A program made the translations under genes and the position numbers. The notes beneath the pieces are model-generated. The model had not been told where the DNA came from, made no database searches, and was given only the letters and a program-made list of their open reading frames with translations. From OCS155 cluster bacterium AG-349-E07 (lineage in GTDB: Bacteria; Actinomycetota; Acidimicrobiia; Actinomarinales; Actinomarinaceae), in NCBI GenBank assembly GCA_003281085.1, contig QCCZ01000002.1, positions 11,028 to 75,027 on the forward strand: 64,000 bases of DNA, in the 5' to 3' direction. Numbering within the stretch: position 1 is the stretch's first letter; each line of letters begins with the position of its first letter. This document shows positions 36,387-45,199 of this stretch, in pieces.

Positions 36387-36601
36387 TGGCACAAGGTGTT
36401 GTTAAATCGTATGACCCAAATACCGGAAACGGGATTATTTTATTAGATACCGACAAATCAGAAGTTTTTATTATTCCAGGTTCACTTAAAGGATCTATTT
36501 TTAGAACATTAAGACAGGGCCAGAGAATAAATTTCGAAATTGAAGCACAAGATGACGTAAATGTTGTCAAAAATATCCGAATTGGACAAGATAAGTACTA
36601 A
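36386..36601 (+). CDS. Divergent cold-shock-domain (OB-fold) protein
   Basis: 71 aa: MAQGVVKSYDPNTGNGIILLDTDKSEVFIIPGSL...GQRINFEIE follows the CspA pattern, but the RNP1/RNP2 aromatic residues are replaced by aliphatic ones. 1-nt overlap (TAATG) with rpmB. Confidence 0.55.
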   Translation: MAQGVVKSYDPNTGNGIILLDTDKSEVFIIPGSLKGSIFRTLRQGQRINFEIEAQDDVNVVKNIRIGQDKY

Positions 36602-36609
36602 ACAACTTA

Positions 36610-37809
36610 ATGTCCTTAATTAATTTAGACTTATCCAACGAAGAAATAATTAACAAATATTTTAATGATTTATGCTGCGATAAGTACATAGAACCTTCAA
36701 TAAAAGGGGGTCAATCCAATGCAGATAATGCTTTAAACACACTAGATATTAAAAATTATGCAAAAACAAGAAATAATGTATTTCCAATTGAAAAAAGAGG
36801 TTCGTCTTATTTATCTGCTTATATACGACATGGTTTAATTTCGTTACCCGAAGTATGGAATTTTGTAGAAAAATTTGAATACCAAGATAAAACAAAATTC
36901 AGAGATGAGCTGTTATGGCAAGAGTTTTCGAGGCATTTATACGCAATTGTAGGTAAAAATTCAAATGATTATTTAAATTATGCAATCAAATCAAATAAAA
37001 ATATTGAAAAAAACTATCAAAACATGAATTGTATTAATTCAATTAAAACAGAGCTTGAAAGTACTGGATACATGGTTAATCAAACAAGAATGTGGTTTGC
37101 ATCCCATTTTTCATTGCGAACTGGAGATAACTGGAGAAATTATGAAGATTACATGTTTAAACATCTAGTTGATGGATCAAGATTTGCAAATAGATTAGGT
37201 TGGCATTGGGTTATGGGCTCTCAAACTGGAAAAGTGTATGGTTTTTCAAAATTCCAAGTAGACAAAAGAGCAAAAAGTTTTTGTGACAACTGTGAGGTCA
37301 AATACAATTGTCCTATACAAAATTGGCCTGAAGAAATCAACATAACTAAAAAAACAATAGATGTTGATTTGAATCTTGAAACTAATTTTGGACCTGAGAG
37401 TATAAAAAATAATATTGATTCAAAACCTGAATTTGTTTGGATGACTGCTGAGTCACTAGGAGACAATGATCCAGCATTGAATTATTATTCAAATCTTCCA
37501 GCTGTTTTTATTTTTGACAAACCTTTATTAAATTATTTACAACTTTCAACTAAAAGAATTATATTTTTATTGGATTGTTTAAGAGAATTATCTAACAAAA
37601 GAAGTACTCAAGTGTACTTAGATGATCCAATTGAATATCTTAAAAATAAAAATTTTGCATCCACATTTGCAGCAGTCCCAAAATACAAAAAAATAACTCG
37701 AGTAAATATTCCCACTACCGAATTCCCCTCTGTTAGATTAGTAAAGCCTATAAATTTTTATCCATCGAGTTATAGTTCTTGGAAAAAAAGAATAGAATTG
37801 AATACATGA
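36610..37809 (+). CDS. Photolyase/cryptochrome-family protein with apparently permuted domain order and a Cys cluster
   Basis: FAD-domain motifs lie at residues ~33-207 (SSYLSAYIRHGLISLPEVW, ELLWQEFSRHLY, TGYMVNQTRMWFASHF, NWRNYEDYMFKHLVDGSRFANRLGWHWVMGSQTG). Motifs of the N-terminal alpha/beta domain lie at residues ~274-330 (EFVWMTAESLGDNDPAL...AVFIFDKPLL...RIIFLLDCLRELS). Cys residues: C141 and C225-x2-C228-x5-C234. Confidence 0.6.
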   Translation: MSLINLDLSNEEIINKYFNDLCCDKYIEPSIKGGQSNADNALNTLDIKNYAKTRNNVFPIEKRGSSYLSAYIRHGLISLPEVWNFVEKFEYQDKTKFRDELLWQEFSRHLYAIVGKNSNDYLNYAIKSNKNIEKNYQNMNCINSIKTELESTGYMVNQTRMWFASHFSLRTGDNWRNYEDYMFKHLVDGSRFANRLGWHWVMGSQTGKVYGFSKFQVDKRAKSFCDNCEVKYNCPIQNWPEEINITKKTIDVDLNLETNFGPESIKNNIDSKPEFVWMTAESLGDNDPALNYYSNLPAVFIFDKPLLNYLQLSTKRIIFLLDCLRELSNKRSTQVYLDDPIEYLKNKNFASTFAAVPKYKKITRVNIPTTEFPSVRLVKPINFYPSSYSSWKKRIELNT

Positions 37810-38228
37810 AAAGATATTTATTATTTTTATTTCTTTTCTTTCATAACTATATTTATATTTACTCAAACGGAAGAATCGGTAAATTTTTAAATAATCGTCC
37901 TTGTTTAATACTTCATACAACTGGGGCAAAAACAAATCTGGAAAGAAAAAATGTTTTAGTTTTCCTAAAAGAGGATAATGAAATTTGCATTGTAGCCTCA
38001 AAAGGTGGGAGCGAAACTAATCCAGGCTGGTATCACAATTTAAAAAAATATCCTGAGTGTGAAGTTCAAATTGGAAGAGAAAAATTTAAAGCAGTATCCA
38101 GAGAAATATTTGAAGATGAAAGAAATGATTGGTGGAACAAAATGGATTATATGAATAAGGGTGGGTACTCTGCTTATCAAAGAAGAACGCAAAGAAAAAT
38201 TCCTGTATTAGTACTTGATATTTCTTAG
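37806..38228 (+). CDS. DDN-family deazaflavin (F420H2)-dependent reductase-fold protein with hydrophobic N-terminal anchor
   Basis: LILHTTGAKTNLERKNVLVFLKEDNEICIVASKGGSETNPGWYHNLKKYPECEVQI...RKIPVLVL closely follows the Ddn / F420H2 quinone reductase pattern. ATGA overlap with the upstream stop. The N-terminus is MKRYLLFLFLFFHNYIYIY. Confidence 0.75.
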   Translation: MKRYLLFLFLFFHNYIYIYSNGRIGKFLNNRPCLILHTTGAKTNLERKNVLVFLKEDNEICIVASKGGSETNPGWYHNLKKYPECEVQIGREKFKAVSREIFEDERNDWWNKMDYMNKGGYSAYQRRTQRKIPVLVLDIS

Positions 38229-38281
38229 TCACATTTTGTGCCTAAGAAAGTTTTGTAATTTATTTTAAAAATATCTCCTTT

Positions 38282-38917
38282 TTATAGACTTTTTAAAATC
38301 TTATTTATAATTTCTAGTTCTAACATTTCAACTATTTGATCAGCTTCACTCAACTGTTCTTTAGAAAACATACCTCTGTCTATAGCTAAAACATAAGATC
38401 CCGAAGCTTTTCCAGATGAAATTCCAGTTGGACTATCTTCGATAACTAAATTATAAGAAGTTCCCAATTTTTCTATCGCTCTATTGTAAATATCTGGATA
38501 TGGTTTGTTTCTACTTACCTGATCTCCTCCAATAACAAAATCAAAATAAGAATCAACGTTGAACTTTTGAAGTTTTTTACTTAATAAACCATATGGACTT
38601 GCAGATACACAAGCCTGTTTATGTTCAAGTTGTGATAATTGATAAAGTACTTGTTTTGAGTCTTGAAATATAATTCTTTCATCTAGCGAGTTTTCAATTA
38701 TAGAACCTAACTTCGACATCGTTTGATCAAAATTTTCTAAATCTACCTGGTCCGAATAAAACGAATGCACTATCCTGTCGTCAACTCCAATAAATTGTTT
38801 TATTTCATCTTCAGGAATACTTAATCCAAAGTCTTTTAAATGTGTCTGCCATGCATAGGCATAAAGTCGCTCAGTATCCATGATTGTTCCATCACAGTCC
38901 CAAAGTATACCGAGCAT
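38282..38917 (-). CDS. HAD-superfamily hydrolase (beta-phosphoglucomutase/phosphatase subfamily)
   Basis: 211 aa with motif I LWDCDGTIMDTE and a later ...IEDSPTGI... Confidence 0.7.
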   Translation of the reverse strand: MLGILWDCDGTIMDTERLYAYAWQTHLKDFGLSIPEDEIKQFIGVDDRIVHSFYSDQVDLENFDQTMSKLGSIIENSLDERIIFQDSKQVLYQLSQLEHKQACVSASPYGLLSKKLQKFNVDSYFDFVIGGDQVSRNKPYPDIYNRAIEKLGTSYNLVIEDSPTGISSGKASGSYVLAIDRGMFSKEQLSEADQIVEMLELEIINKILKSL

Positions 38918-39999
38918 TAACCCAACTTACTTTTAATATCTTTTGCTGATTTTAATGCGGTCCCATCAGATCCTTCTGTGGACCAAGATGACAAAGAATT
39001 TCTGGCTTCAGAAATCATATCATTCATTAACTCAAATTTGCTAAACCCTTTTGACTCCCATAAGTAAAGTGCATGGCTACCGGGTATTGTATTGACTTCA
39101 TTTATATATAATTCTTTATCTTTCAATAGAAAATCTACCCTTGCTATTCCCCTAATATCAACAATTGACATAAATAAATCTAAAATTCGATTAATTTCAT
39201 CTTTAATTTCTTTCGATATATTTGCTGGCAGTTCTCTCTTTGAACCTTCTAATCCACCATTTTCAAGATATTTGTCAGTGTATGAAAATAATTCAAAATT
39301 GTTTGATCTAATTGGCTTTTCAATATCTGAATAATCAATTTGAGGAAATGATCTTACAGCAACCAACAAATCTAAAGATTCTCTAAGATACTTTTCAATG
39401 GTTGCACCCTGGTTATATAAATCTGAATTTGAAGAGATAGTTATTGCGGTTTTATAATCGTCTACAACTTCTACACCAATTGAAGATCCTCCAAATCTAG
39501 GTTTTAGAATATATGGTCCCTCAAATTTTGGAAGAACTTTTTCTGATACTAAATGTTTTTCCAGAACTGGTATGTTATTACTGTTCATTAAGGCAAAAAA
39601 AGCATACTTATCCATACATAATTGAGATGTGGTCAACGAAGAGCCAGTAAAATCTATCTCTAATAATGCAAATAAACTCTGCAATGTTCCGTCTTCACCT
39701 GGACCACCATGACATGAATTTACGATTAAATCTATTTCTATTTTTTTCTTTTTAATGTAAAAACCAGGATTTGAATCGTACTTAATTGTTATCTCTTTTT
39801 TAAAAATATTTTTATTTTCAATAAAATCCTTAGATTCAAGATCATTATCAACTAAAAACAATCTGTTGTCACGAGACCAATAGATATTTAAAACTTCATA
39901 TTTTGAAGACAATATTTTTGCAGCTTGTAAGCCAGTCAATATTGAAATGTCGTGTTCTGGAGATGGACCTCCATAAATGACTGCTAATTTGTTACTCAT
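38917..39999 (-). CDS. ddl: D-alanine--D-alanine ligase
   Basis: 360 aa with AVIYGGPSPEHDISILTG, an ATP-grasp core and INEVNTIPGS. Confidence 0.85.
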   Translation of the reverse strand: MSNKLAVIYGGPSPEHDISILTGLQAAKILSSKYEVLNIYWSRDNRLFLVDNDLESKDFIENKNIFKKEITIKYDSNPGFYIKKKKIEIDLIVNSCHGGPGEDGTLQSLFALLEIDFTGSSLTTSQLCMDKYAFFALMNSNNIPVLEKHLVSEKVLPKFEGPYILKPRFGGSSIGVEVVDDYKTAITISSNSDLYNQGATIEKYLRESLDLLVAVRSFPQIDYSDIEKPIRSNNFELFSYTDKYLENGGLEGSKRELPANISKEIKDEINRILDLFMSIVDIRGIARVDFLLKDKELYINEVNTIPGSHALYLWESKGFSKFELMNDMISEARNSLSSWSTEGSDGTALKSAKDIKSKLG

Positions 40000-40002
40000 A
40001 AT

Positions 40003-41526
40003 TTAAGGGTGATGGTCAGGTAAATCATTTTCAAATAATACAACATCATTATCTTTCACCACAGAGTTTAGATAAGAAACAGCTAAATCTCTATTTTTAA
40101 AAAATTTAACTGGAACATCGTTATCTTCAAAAGCCAGTGTAAGTGATGTTTTGTTTGTAAATCCTACTACAAGAGCTTCATCTACAATCTCACTTGCATT
40201 AAAAGCAAACTCATAATTATATGTAAACTGTTCGGAACCTAGTTCTACCATTCCTGGAGTAATTAAATATTTTTTACCACTAGTTTCATATGAATGCAAT
40301 AGTTCTAAACTTGCTAGATTTGAAATTGGGTTTGAATTAAAAGAATTATCAATAATAGTTTGGCCCATGTTGCCTTTTAATACATTCTGACGATGAGAGG
40401 TTTTCTCTAAATTTTCAATCTTTTGAAAATATTCTATTATGTCCATCTCTAAAGCTATTAATACACCAACCGTCAATGCAATAGAGAGTTGTAATATTTT
40501 AGAACCTTTTACAGAAGTTATGAATTTACCTGATATGTAAATTGAATGTAGTGAATTTTCATAATCAACAAAGACAGCAGCATTTTTTGATGTTACAGAA
40601 CAATCGATAACCATCTTTTGTGCAGTCCATAATCTAGCTTGATTAAGTAGCAACTCATCATCTCCATTAATTATGACCGTACCTGTAAGGTCAACAATCT
40701 CTGATTTTGCATCAAGAATATTTTCTAGTGATTTCATTCTTTCTAAGTGAACAGGTGCTATGCCAGTTATTACTGAAATATGAGGCTTCACCCATGCACA
40801 CATTTCACGTATTTCCCCAAATCCATAAGTTCCCATTTCAAAAATAGCAATTTCATGTGAAGAATTTAAATCTTCATTAATTGATTTAGATATTCCAAGT
40901 CGATTATTAAAACTTTCTGGTGTAGCAAACACATTGCTTTTGGTTGAAATTACTTGAGAAATAGTATTTTTAGTCGTTGTCTTAGAATATGAACCAGTAA
41001 TTGCAATTATTGGACCGTTGAATGTTGATAGCTTTTTTTCTGCTTCATCAACATAAATTTGAGATTTATTTTTTTCAAAACCTTTTGTGATTCTAAGAGC
41101 TTGATCAAATACATAATGAGAGAAAACATTTGCAATTAGTGCAAGAAAATAACCAAATCCAGAGTTTATTGATATAAGTGATATGGAAATAATTAAGATA
41201 TAGTAAACAATATTTAAACGTTTTAATCTTTCAGTAAATTCAACTTTTGAAGATCTGTCTTTAAATAATAGGCCCCTGGGTAGGAAAAGATTTATAATAG
41301 CTAGTCCAATTGCGGTGTATGGAGTCCAGAGGCTTAAAAGAGCTAATATGATACTAGTTAAATAATAAAGATTGTTAAAAGGTACTAATCTAACCCATCT
41401 AAAGTAAAACTTTGTTACATACCCAGGGATATAATGTTCTCTCTGAGCAACCCTACCCCATCTTAAAGAATTTACGCATGAACTTAATGTGAGTAAAATT
41501 AAAACAGCTGTGTAAAGAGTATTCAT
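40003..41526 (-). CDS. MurF-like Mur ligase with N-terminal polytopic membrane domain
   Basis: 507 aa. Residues 1-140 are hydrophobic (about 4 helices). They are followed by AITGSYSKTTTK (P-loop variant), IIDNSFNSNP and LITPGMVELG, as in the MurF central and C-terminal domains. Confidence 0.6.
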   Translation of the reverse strand: MNTLYTAVLILLTLSSCVNSLRWGRVAQREHYIPGYVTKFYFRWVRLVPFNNLYYLTSIILALLSLWTPYTAIGLAIINLFLPRGLLFKDRSSKVEFTERLKRLNIVYYILIISISLISINSGFGYFLALIANVFSHYVFDQALRITKGFEKNKSQIYVDEAEKKLSTFNGPIIAITGSYSKTTTKNTISQVISTKSNVFATPESFNNRLGISKSINEDLNSSHEIAIFEMGTYGFGEIREMCAWVKPHISVITGIAPVHLERMKSLENILDAKSEIVDLTGTVIINGDDELLLNQARLWTAQKMVIDCSVTSKNAAVFVDYENSLHSIYISGKFITSVKGSKILQLSIALTVGVLIALEMDIIEYFQKIENLEKTSHRQNVLKGNMGQTIIDNSFNSNPISNLASLELLHSYETSGKKYLITPGMVELGSEQFTYNYEFAFNASEIVDEALVVGFTNKTSLTLAFEDNDVPVKFFKNRDLAVSYLNSVVKDNDVVLFENDLPDHHP

Positions 41527-42230
41527 TTTTTAATAACTTCAATTATAATCTGTGAGCTACTCATTAGTACATTGTGGCCGCCACCAGGGATTATCGTTAA
41601 TTCAGAATTAGGAATTATATCATTTGAGTCCAAACCTACTTGAAGTGGTACTTCTGAGTCTTTTTCTCCCCACACAAGTTCGACTTTAGTGTCTATATAT
41701 GGAAGAATGCCTTTCAAGTCATCATTGACTGCCATTACTAGTGTGTCTTTTAAATGTTTATTAGCATTTTTATAATCTTCAGAACCATATTTATTTTTCA
41801 TCTGATCTAACTTTTCATTATCAAGTAATTTATATTTATTCATTAACTTATAGAGGTTAAAAGCAGAAAATGATTTTTTAGTATTTTGTTTTCTTATCAA
41901 AGGTGTACCAATTAACACTATCTTCTTATAATTTTTTATCTGTGACAAGTGAACAGCTATTCTTCCACCAAATGAATGTCCAACTAAAACTTGGACAGAA
42001 CTAGGAATTATATCAGCGAGATATTCAGCATATTTTTTTGGAGATAGACTTTGTGAAAATGGAACAGATTTCCCAAAGCCAGGAATGTCTAAAGAGATAG
42101 ATTCAAATTTATTTTCTATATTCATAAAATCTTTAGAGCTTCTGCCCCATCCATGAAGAAAGCAGACTTTTGGTTTATCAGAATTAATATTTGCGAGCGT
42201 CAAATTATCATCAAGAACTTTATATCCCAT
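41523..42230 (-). CDS. Alpha/beta-fold hydrolase
   Basis: 235 aa with FLHGWGRS (oxyanion region), GHSFGGR (nucleophile elbow) and a C-terminal GGGHN. Confidence 0.6.
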   Translation of the reverse strand: MGYKVLDDNLTLANINSDKPKVCFLHGWGRSSKDFMNIENKFESISLDIPGFGKSVPFSQSLSPKKYAEYLADIIPSSVQVLVGHSFGGRIAVHLSQIKNYKKIVLIGTPLIRKQNTKKSFSAFNLYKLMNKYKLLDNEKLDQMKNKYGSEDYKNANKHLKDTLVMAVNDDLKGILPYIDTKVELVWGEKDSEVPLQVGLDSNDIIPNSELTIIPGGGHNVLMSSSQIIIEVIKK

Positions 42231-42598
42231 TAATTAAGTCCTAATCCTAAAGTTTGAATAGCCCTAATTTCCATTCCCATCAAAAAGAATAAAGCAAAAG
42301 ACCAGTATAAATAATAATTTAATCTCATCTCATTTCGGTAAATATATAGAAATGTTAAAACGAATAAATTTACAATATTATAGAACATACTGAAAGAGCC
42401 GATTTCATTACTTTGGGAATAATAAACAACTATCAATACTTGTAGTAATACAGTTGCAAGAGAAAATGTTATTAAATAATTGGTGATAGTAATGCTTACT
42501 TCAAATTTGCTGAATTTTATAAATAATAAAACAAGACCCACTAATGCACATATAACAATACTTATATATGAAGGTAATTCCATATAGTAAAAATCCAT
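42230..42598 (-). CDS. Small polytopic membrane protein, unknown function
   Basis: 122 aa with about 4 predicted TM helices by eye. It is the first gene of a tightly overlapped 5-gene - strand operon. Confidence 0.5.
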   Translation of the reverse strand: MDFYYMELPSYISIVICALVGLVLLFIKFSKFEVSITITNYLITFSLATVLLQVLIVVYYSQSNEIGSFSMFYNIVNLFVLTFLYIYRNEMRLNYYLYWSFALFFLMGMEIRAIQTLGLGLN

Positions 42599-42659
42599 GT
42601 GTCTATTTTAGTGGCTATAGAATTGAGTATTAATAATTAATCAGTTACAGTATTCATTA

Positions 42660-43922
42660 ATGGTTAATCTAATGAACAATGCTATCACTCAAAATGTGCC
42701 AAGTGCATGGTATAGCACTCTAGAAAATTTCATTGTAAAGGGAAAAAATGCTGAAATCTGGGATTCTGAGGGTAAAAGATATCTAGATTATGTTGGTGGT
42801 TACGCAGTGCTTAATACCGGCCATCTTCATCCAAGAGTAGTTGAAAAAGTAAAAAATCAACTTAATGATTTTTCACATTCCTGTTTTGCATTTGCACCTC
42901 ATGAAAATGCTGTAAAGCTATCGGAAGAGTTAAATAAAAGATATCCAATTACTTCAGATACAAAAACATTTATGGTTAATAGTGGAGCTGAAGCTGTTGA
43001 AAATGCTGTAAAAATAGCAAGATATTATACAAATAAAAAATCAATCATCTCATTTAAAGGTGGTTTTCACGGAAGAACATATCTAGCGATGGGTTTAACA
43101 GGAAAAGATAAGCCATATAAAGAGGGGTTTGGTCCATTCCCAGAATTCGTAAAACATGCATTGTACCCATATTTATATAGGGATATATCTGATGACGATG
43201 CATTGGCAAGTATTAAAGATTTATTTAAAAAAACACTCAATCCTGATGATACTGCTGCTGTTGTTGTTGAGATACAACTCGGTGAAGGCGGCTATATTCC
43301 TGCTTCAAATTATTTCTTAAAAAGCTTGAGAGAAATTTGTGATTATCATAATATTCTGCTTATTTTTGATGAAGTACAAACTGGCTATGGAAGAACTGGT
43401 GAAATGTTTGGTGCAGAAACTGTAGGAGTTAATCCAGATTTAGTTACATTAGCAAAAGGTATAGCTGGAGGATTTCCATTAGCCGCTGTACTAGGTAAAG
43501 CAGAAATAATGGATACTATTCATGATGCAGGAATAGGAAGTACTTTTGGAGCTTCGCCAGTCTCATGCGCTGCAGCTTTAGGTGTATTAGAAGCTTTTGA
43601 TAATGAAAATATATTAGGAAATGCTTCAAAACAATCTGAAATGATGAATTCTTTTTTAAAAAATTTGATGAATGAAAATGAATTTATCGGTGATGTAAGA
43701 GGCTATGGTCCAATGATCGGTGTTGAGATCGTAGAAAATAAAGATTCAAAAACACCCAACAAAGAAAAAGCTCAAGAAATAATCAATAATTGTAGAGATA
43801 ACGGTCTTCTTTTAGTAACTTGTGGAGAAAATGGAAACGTAATTAGATTTATGGGACCTCTCACTACGCCAATAAAGCATGTTGAGGAGGCTTTAGGAAT
43901 ATTTGAAAATTCTATAATCTAA
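42660..43922 (+). CDS. gabT: Class III PLP aminotransferase, 4-aminobutyrate aminotransferase-like
   Basis: 420 aa with LIFDEVQTGYGRTG and TLAKGIAGGFPL (PLP Lys). An alternative start lies at 42672. Confidence 0.8.
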   Translation: MVNLMNNAITQNVPSAWYSTLENFIVKGKNAEIWDSEGKRYLDYVGGYAVLNTGHLHPRVVEKVKNQLNDFSHSCFAFAPHENAVKLSEELNKRYPITSDTKTFMVNSGAEAVENAVKIARYYTNKKSIISFKGGFHGRTYLAMGLTGKDKPYKEGFGPFPEFVKHALYPYLYRDISDDDALASIKDLFKKTLNPDDTAAVVVEIQLGEGGYIPASNYFLKSLREICDYHNILLIFDEVQTGYGRTGEMFGAETVGVNPDLVTLAKGIAGGFPLAAVLGKAEIMDTIHDAGIGSTFGASPVSCAAALGVLEAFDNENILGNASKQSEMMNSFLKNLMNENEFIGDVRGYGPMIGVEIVENKDSKTPNKEKAQEIINNCRDNGLLLVTCGENGNVIRFMGPLTTPIKHVEEALGIFENSII

Positions 43923-44996
43923 TTAAATCTCTTTATGTGTAAGCTCATGGAGCTTCAATAATACATCACCGTCTTTAACGGGTTTAAATGGTGCTTTCAT
44001 TAACCAAGCAGAAACCAAATCGAGTGACTCTAAATCATTTTGCTCTTTAAAAAATTTCATATACCTAACTGCATCAATGGTCACACCCGCGCTATTTGGA
44101 GAATCCCATACTTCTAGTTGAACCTCTATATTTAATGGCGCCCCACCAAAAGCTTTTCCTTCAAGTCTAATAAAAGCTTTTTTTCTATCTTCTAACCACT
44201 TAACGTAATCCGATGGGCCTATTCTCACATTATCAGCTGAAATGCCTGTACCTTTGTTAGCAACAGAAGTCACAGATGAAGTTTTACTTGTTCTTTTAGT
44301 TTCTAATCTATCTTCTTCTAGCATATTGAGAAAATCCATATTTCCACCAACGTTTAATTGATAGGTGTTTTCAAGCTTGACGCCACGGTCAGAAAATAAC
44401 TGTGCAAGAGCTCTATGGACAATAGTTGCTCCAACTTGGCTTTTAATATCATCACCAATTAATGGAACCGAAGCATCTTTAAATTTTTGATACCATTCTT
44501 CATCGCGAGCAATAAAAACCGGTATACAGTTTATAAAGCCTACATTAGAATTTATTGCAGCTTGTGCATAATATTTCACTGCCTCATCAGATCCAACTGG
44601 TAGAAGGTTAATCAATATTTCTGCCCCTGATTCCCTAAGAGATTCTTCAAAATTATCCGAATCAGGAGAAGTGTTGATAATATCTTCAACGAATTTACCA
44701 ACTCCATCATTTATAACACCTGGTTGAACAGTCACTCCTGTTTTTGGAACATCGCTAAATTTCATAGTATTATTTGGTTCAGCAAAAATTGCTTCACTTA
44801 AATCTTTTCCTACTTTTGATGAGTTTATGTCGTAGGCAGCAACAACTTCAATGTCAGAGACTTTATATCCGCCGATTACATCTGATATTAAGCCATCTTC
44901 ATTGTCGGAATTGCTATAGTGTTCAATGCCTTGTACAAATGAACTTGCACAATTTCCAATTCCAAGAATTGCTACTTTGATTTTGTCATTGCTCAT
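43923..44996 (-). CDS. ino1: myo-Inositol-1-phosphate synthase
   Basis: 357 aa with KVAILGIGNCASSFVQG and overall actinobacterial/archaeal Ino1 pattern. Its stop abuts the gabT stop (TAA|TTA). Confidence 0.85.
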   Translation of the reverse strand: MSNDKIKVAILGIGNCASSFVQGIEHYSNSDNEDGLISDVIGGYKVSDIEVVAAYDINSSKVGKDLSEAIFAEPNNTMKFSDVPKTGVTVQPGVINDGVGKFVEDIINTSPDSDNFEESLRESGAEILINLLPVGSDEAVKYYAQAAINSNVGFINCIPVFIARDEEWYQKFKDASVPLIGDDIKSQVGATIVHRALAQLFSDRGVKLENTYQLNVGGNMDFLNMLEEDRLETKRTSKTSSVTSVANKGTGISADNVRIGPSDYVKWLEDRKKAFIRLEGKAFGGAPLNIEVQLEVWDSPNSAGVTIDAVRYMKFFKEQNDLESLDLVSAWLMKAPFKPVKDGDVLLKLHELTHKEI

Positions 44997-45199
44997 TCAT
45001 ATAACTTTAGCAACAATCAGATTTATGAAAAATACAGTCTTAATTGAAAAGGAAATTAAACCAGCTAAAGGAATTATACAAAATGCCAATTACAAAATAC
45101 AAGATAAAAGTAGCAATGCCTACGATTTGTAATACTTTAAGAAAACTGTTCACTATTACATTTTACAAATATTCGAAATAATATATATATAATTTACAT

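Noticed and set aside
37738-38001. The 87-aa - strand ORF spanning the photolyase-like/DDN junction, and the 64-aa - strand ORF 57347..57541 across the nfu/thiN spacer.
   Set aside because: Both are antisense to well-supported genes, hydrophobic or low-complexity, and lack an SD. The ATGA-coupled + strand model explains the region fully.
45025-45132. A 35-codon ORF (MKNTVLIEKEIKPAKGIIQNANYKIQDKSSNAYDL) in the 203-bp ino1/nuclease spacer, and the overlapping 68-aa track ORF 44926..45132.
   Set aside because: It has no SD, is a hydrophilic low-complexity translation typical of AT-rich non-coding DNA, and the 68-aa version overlaps the ino1 start. The spacer is more likely a divergent promoter region. 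Not called.
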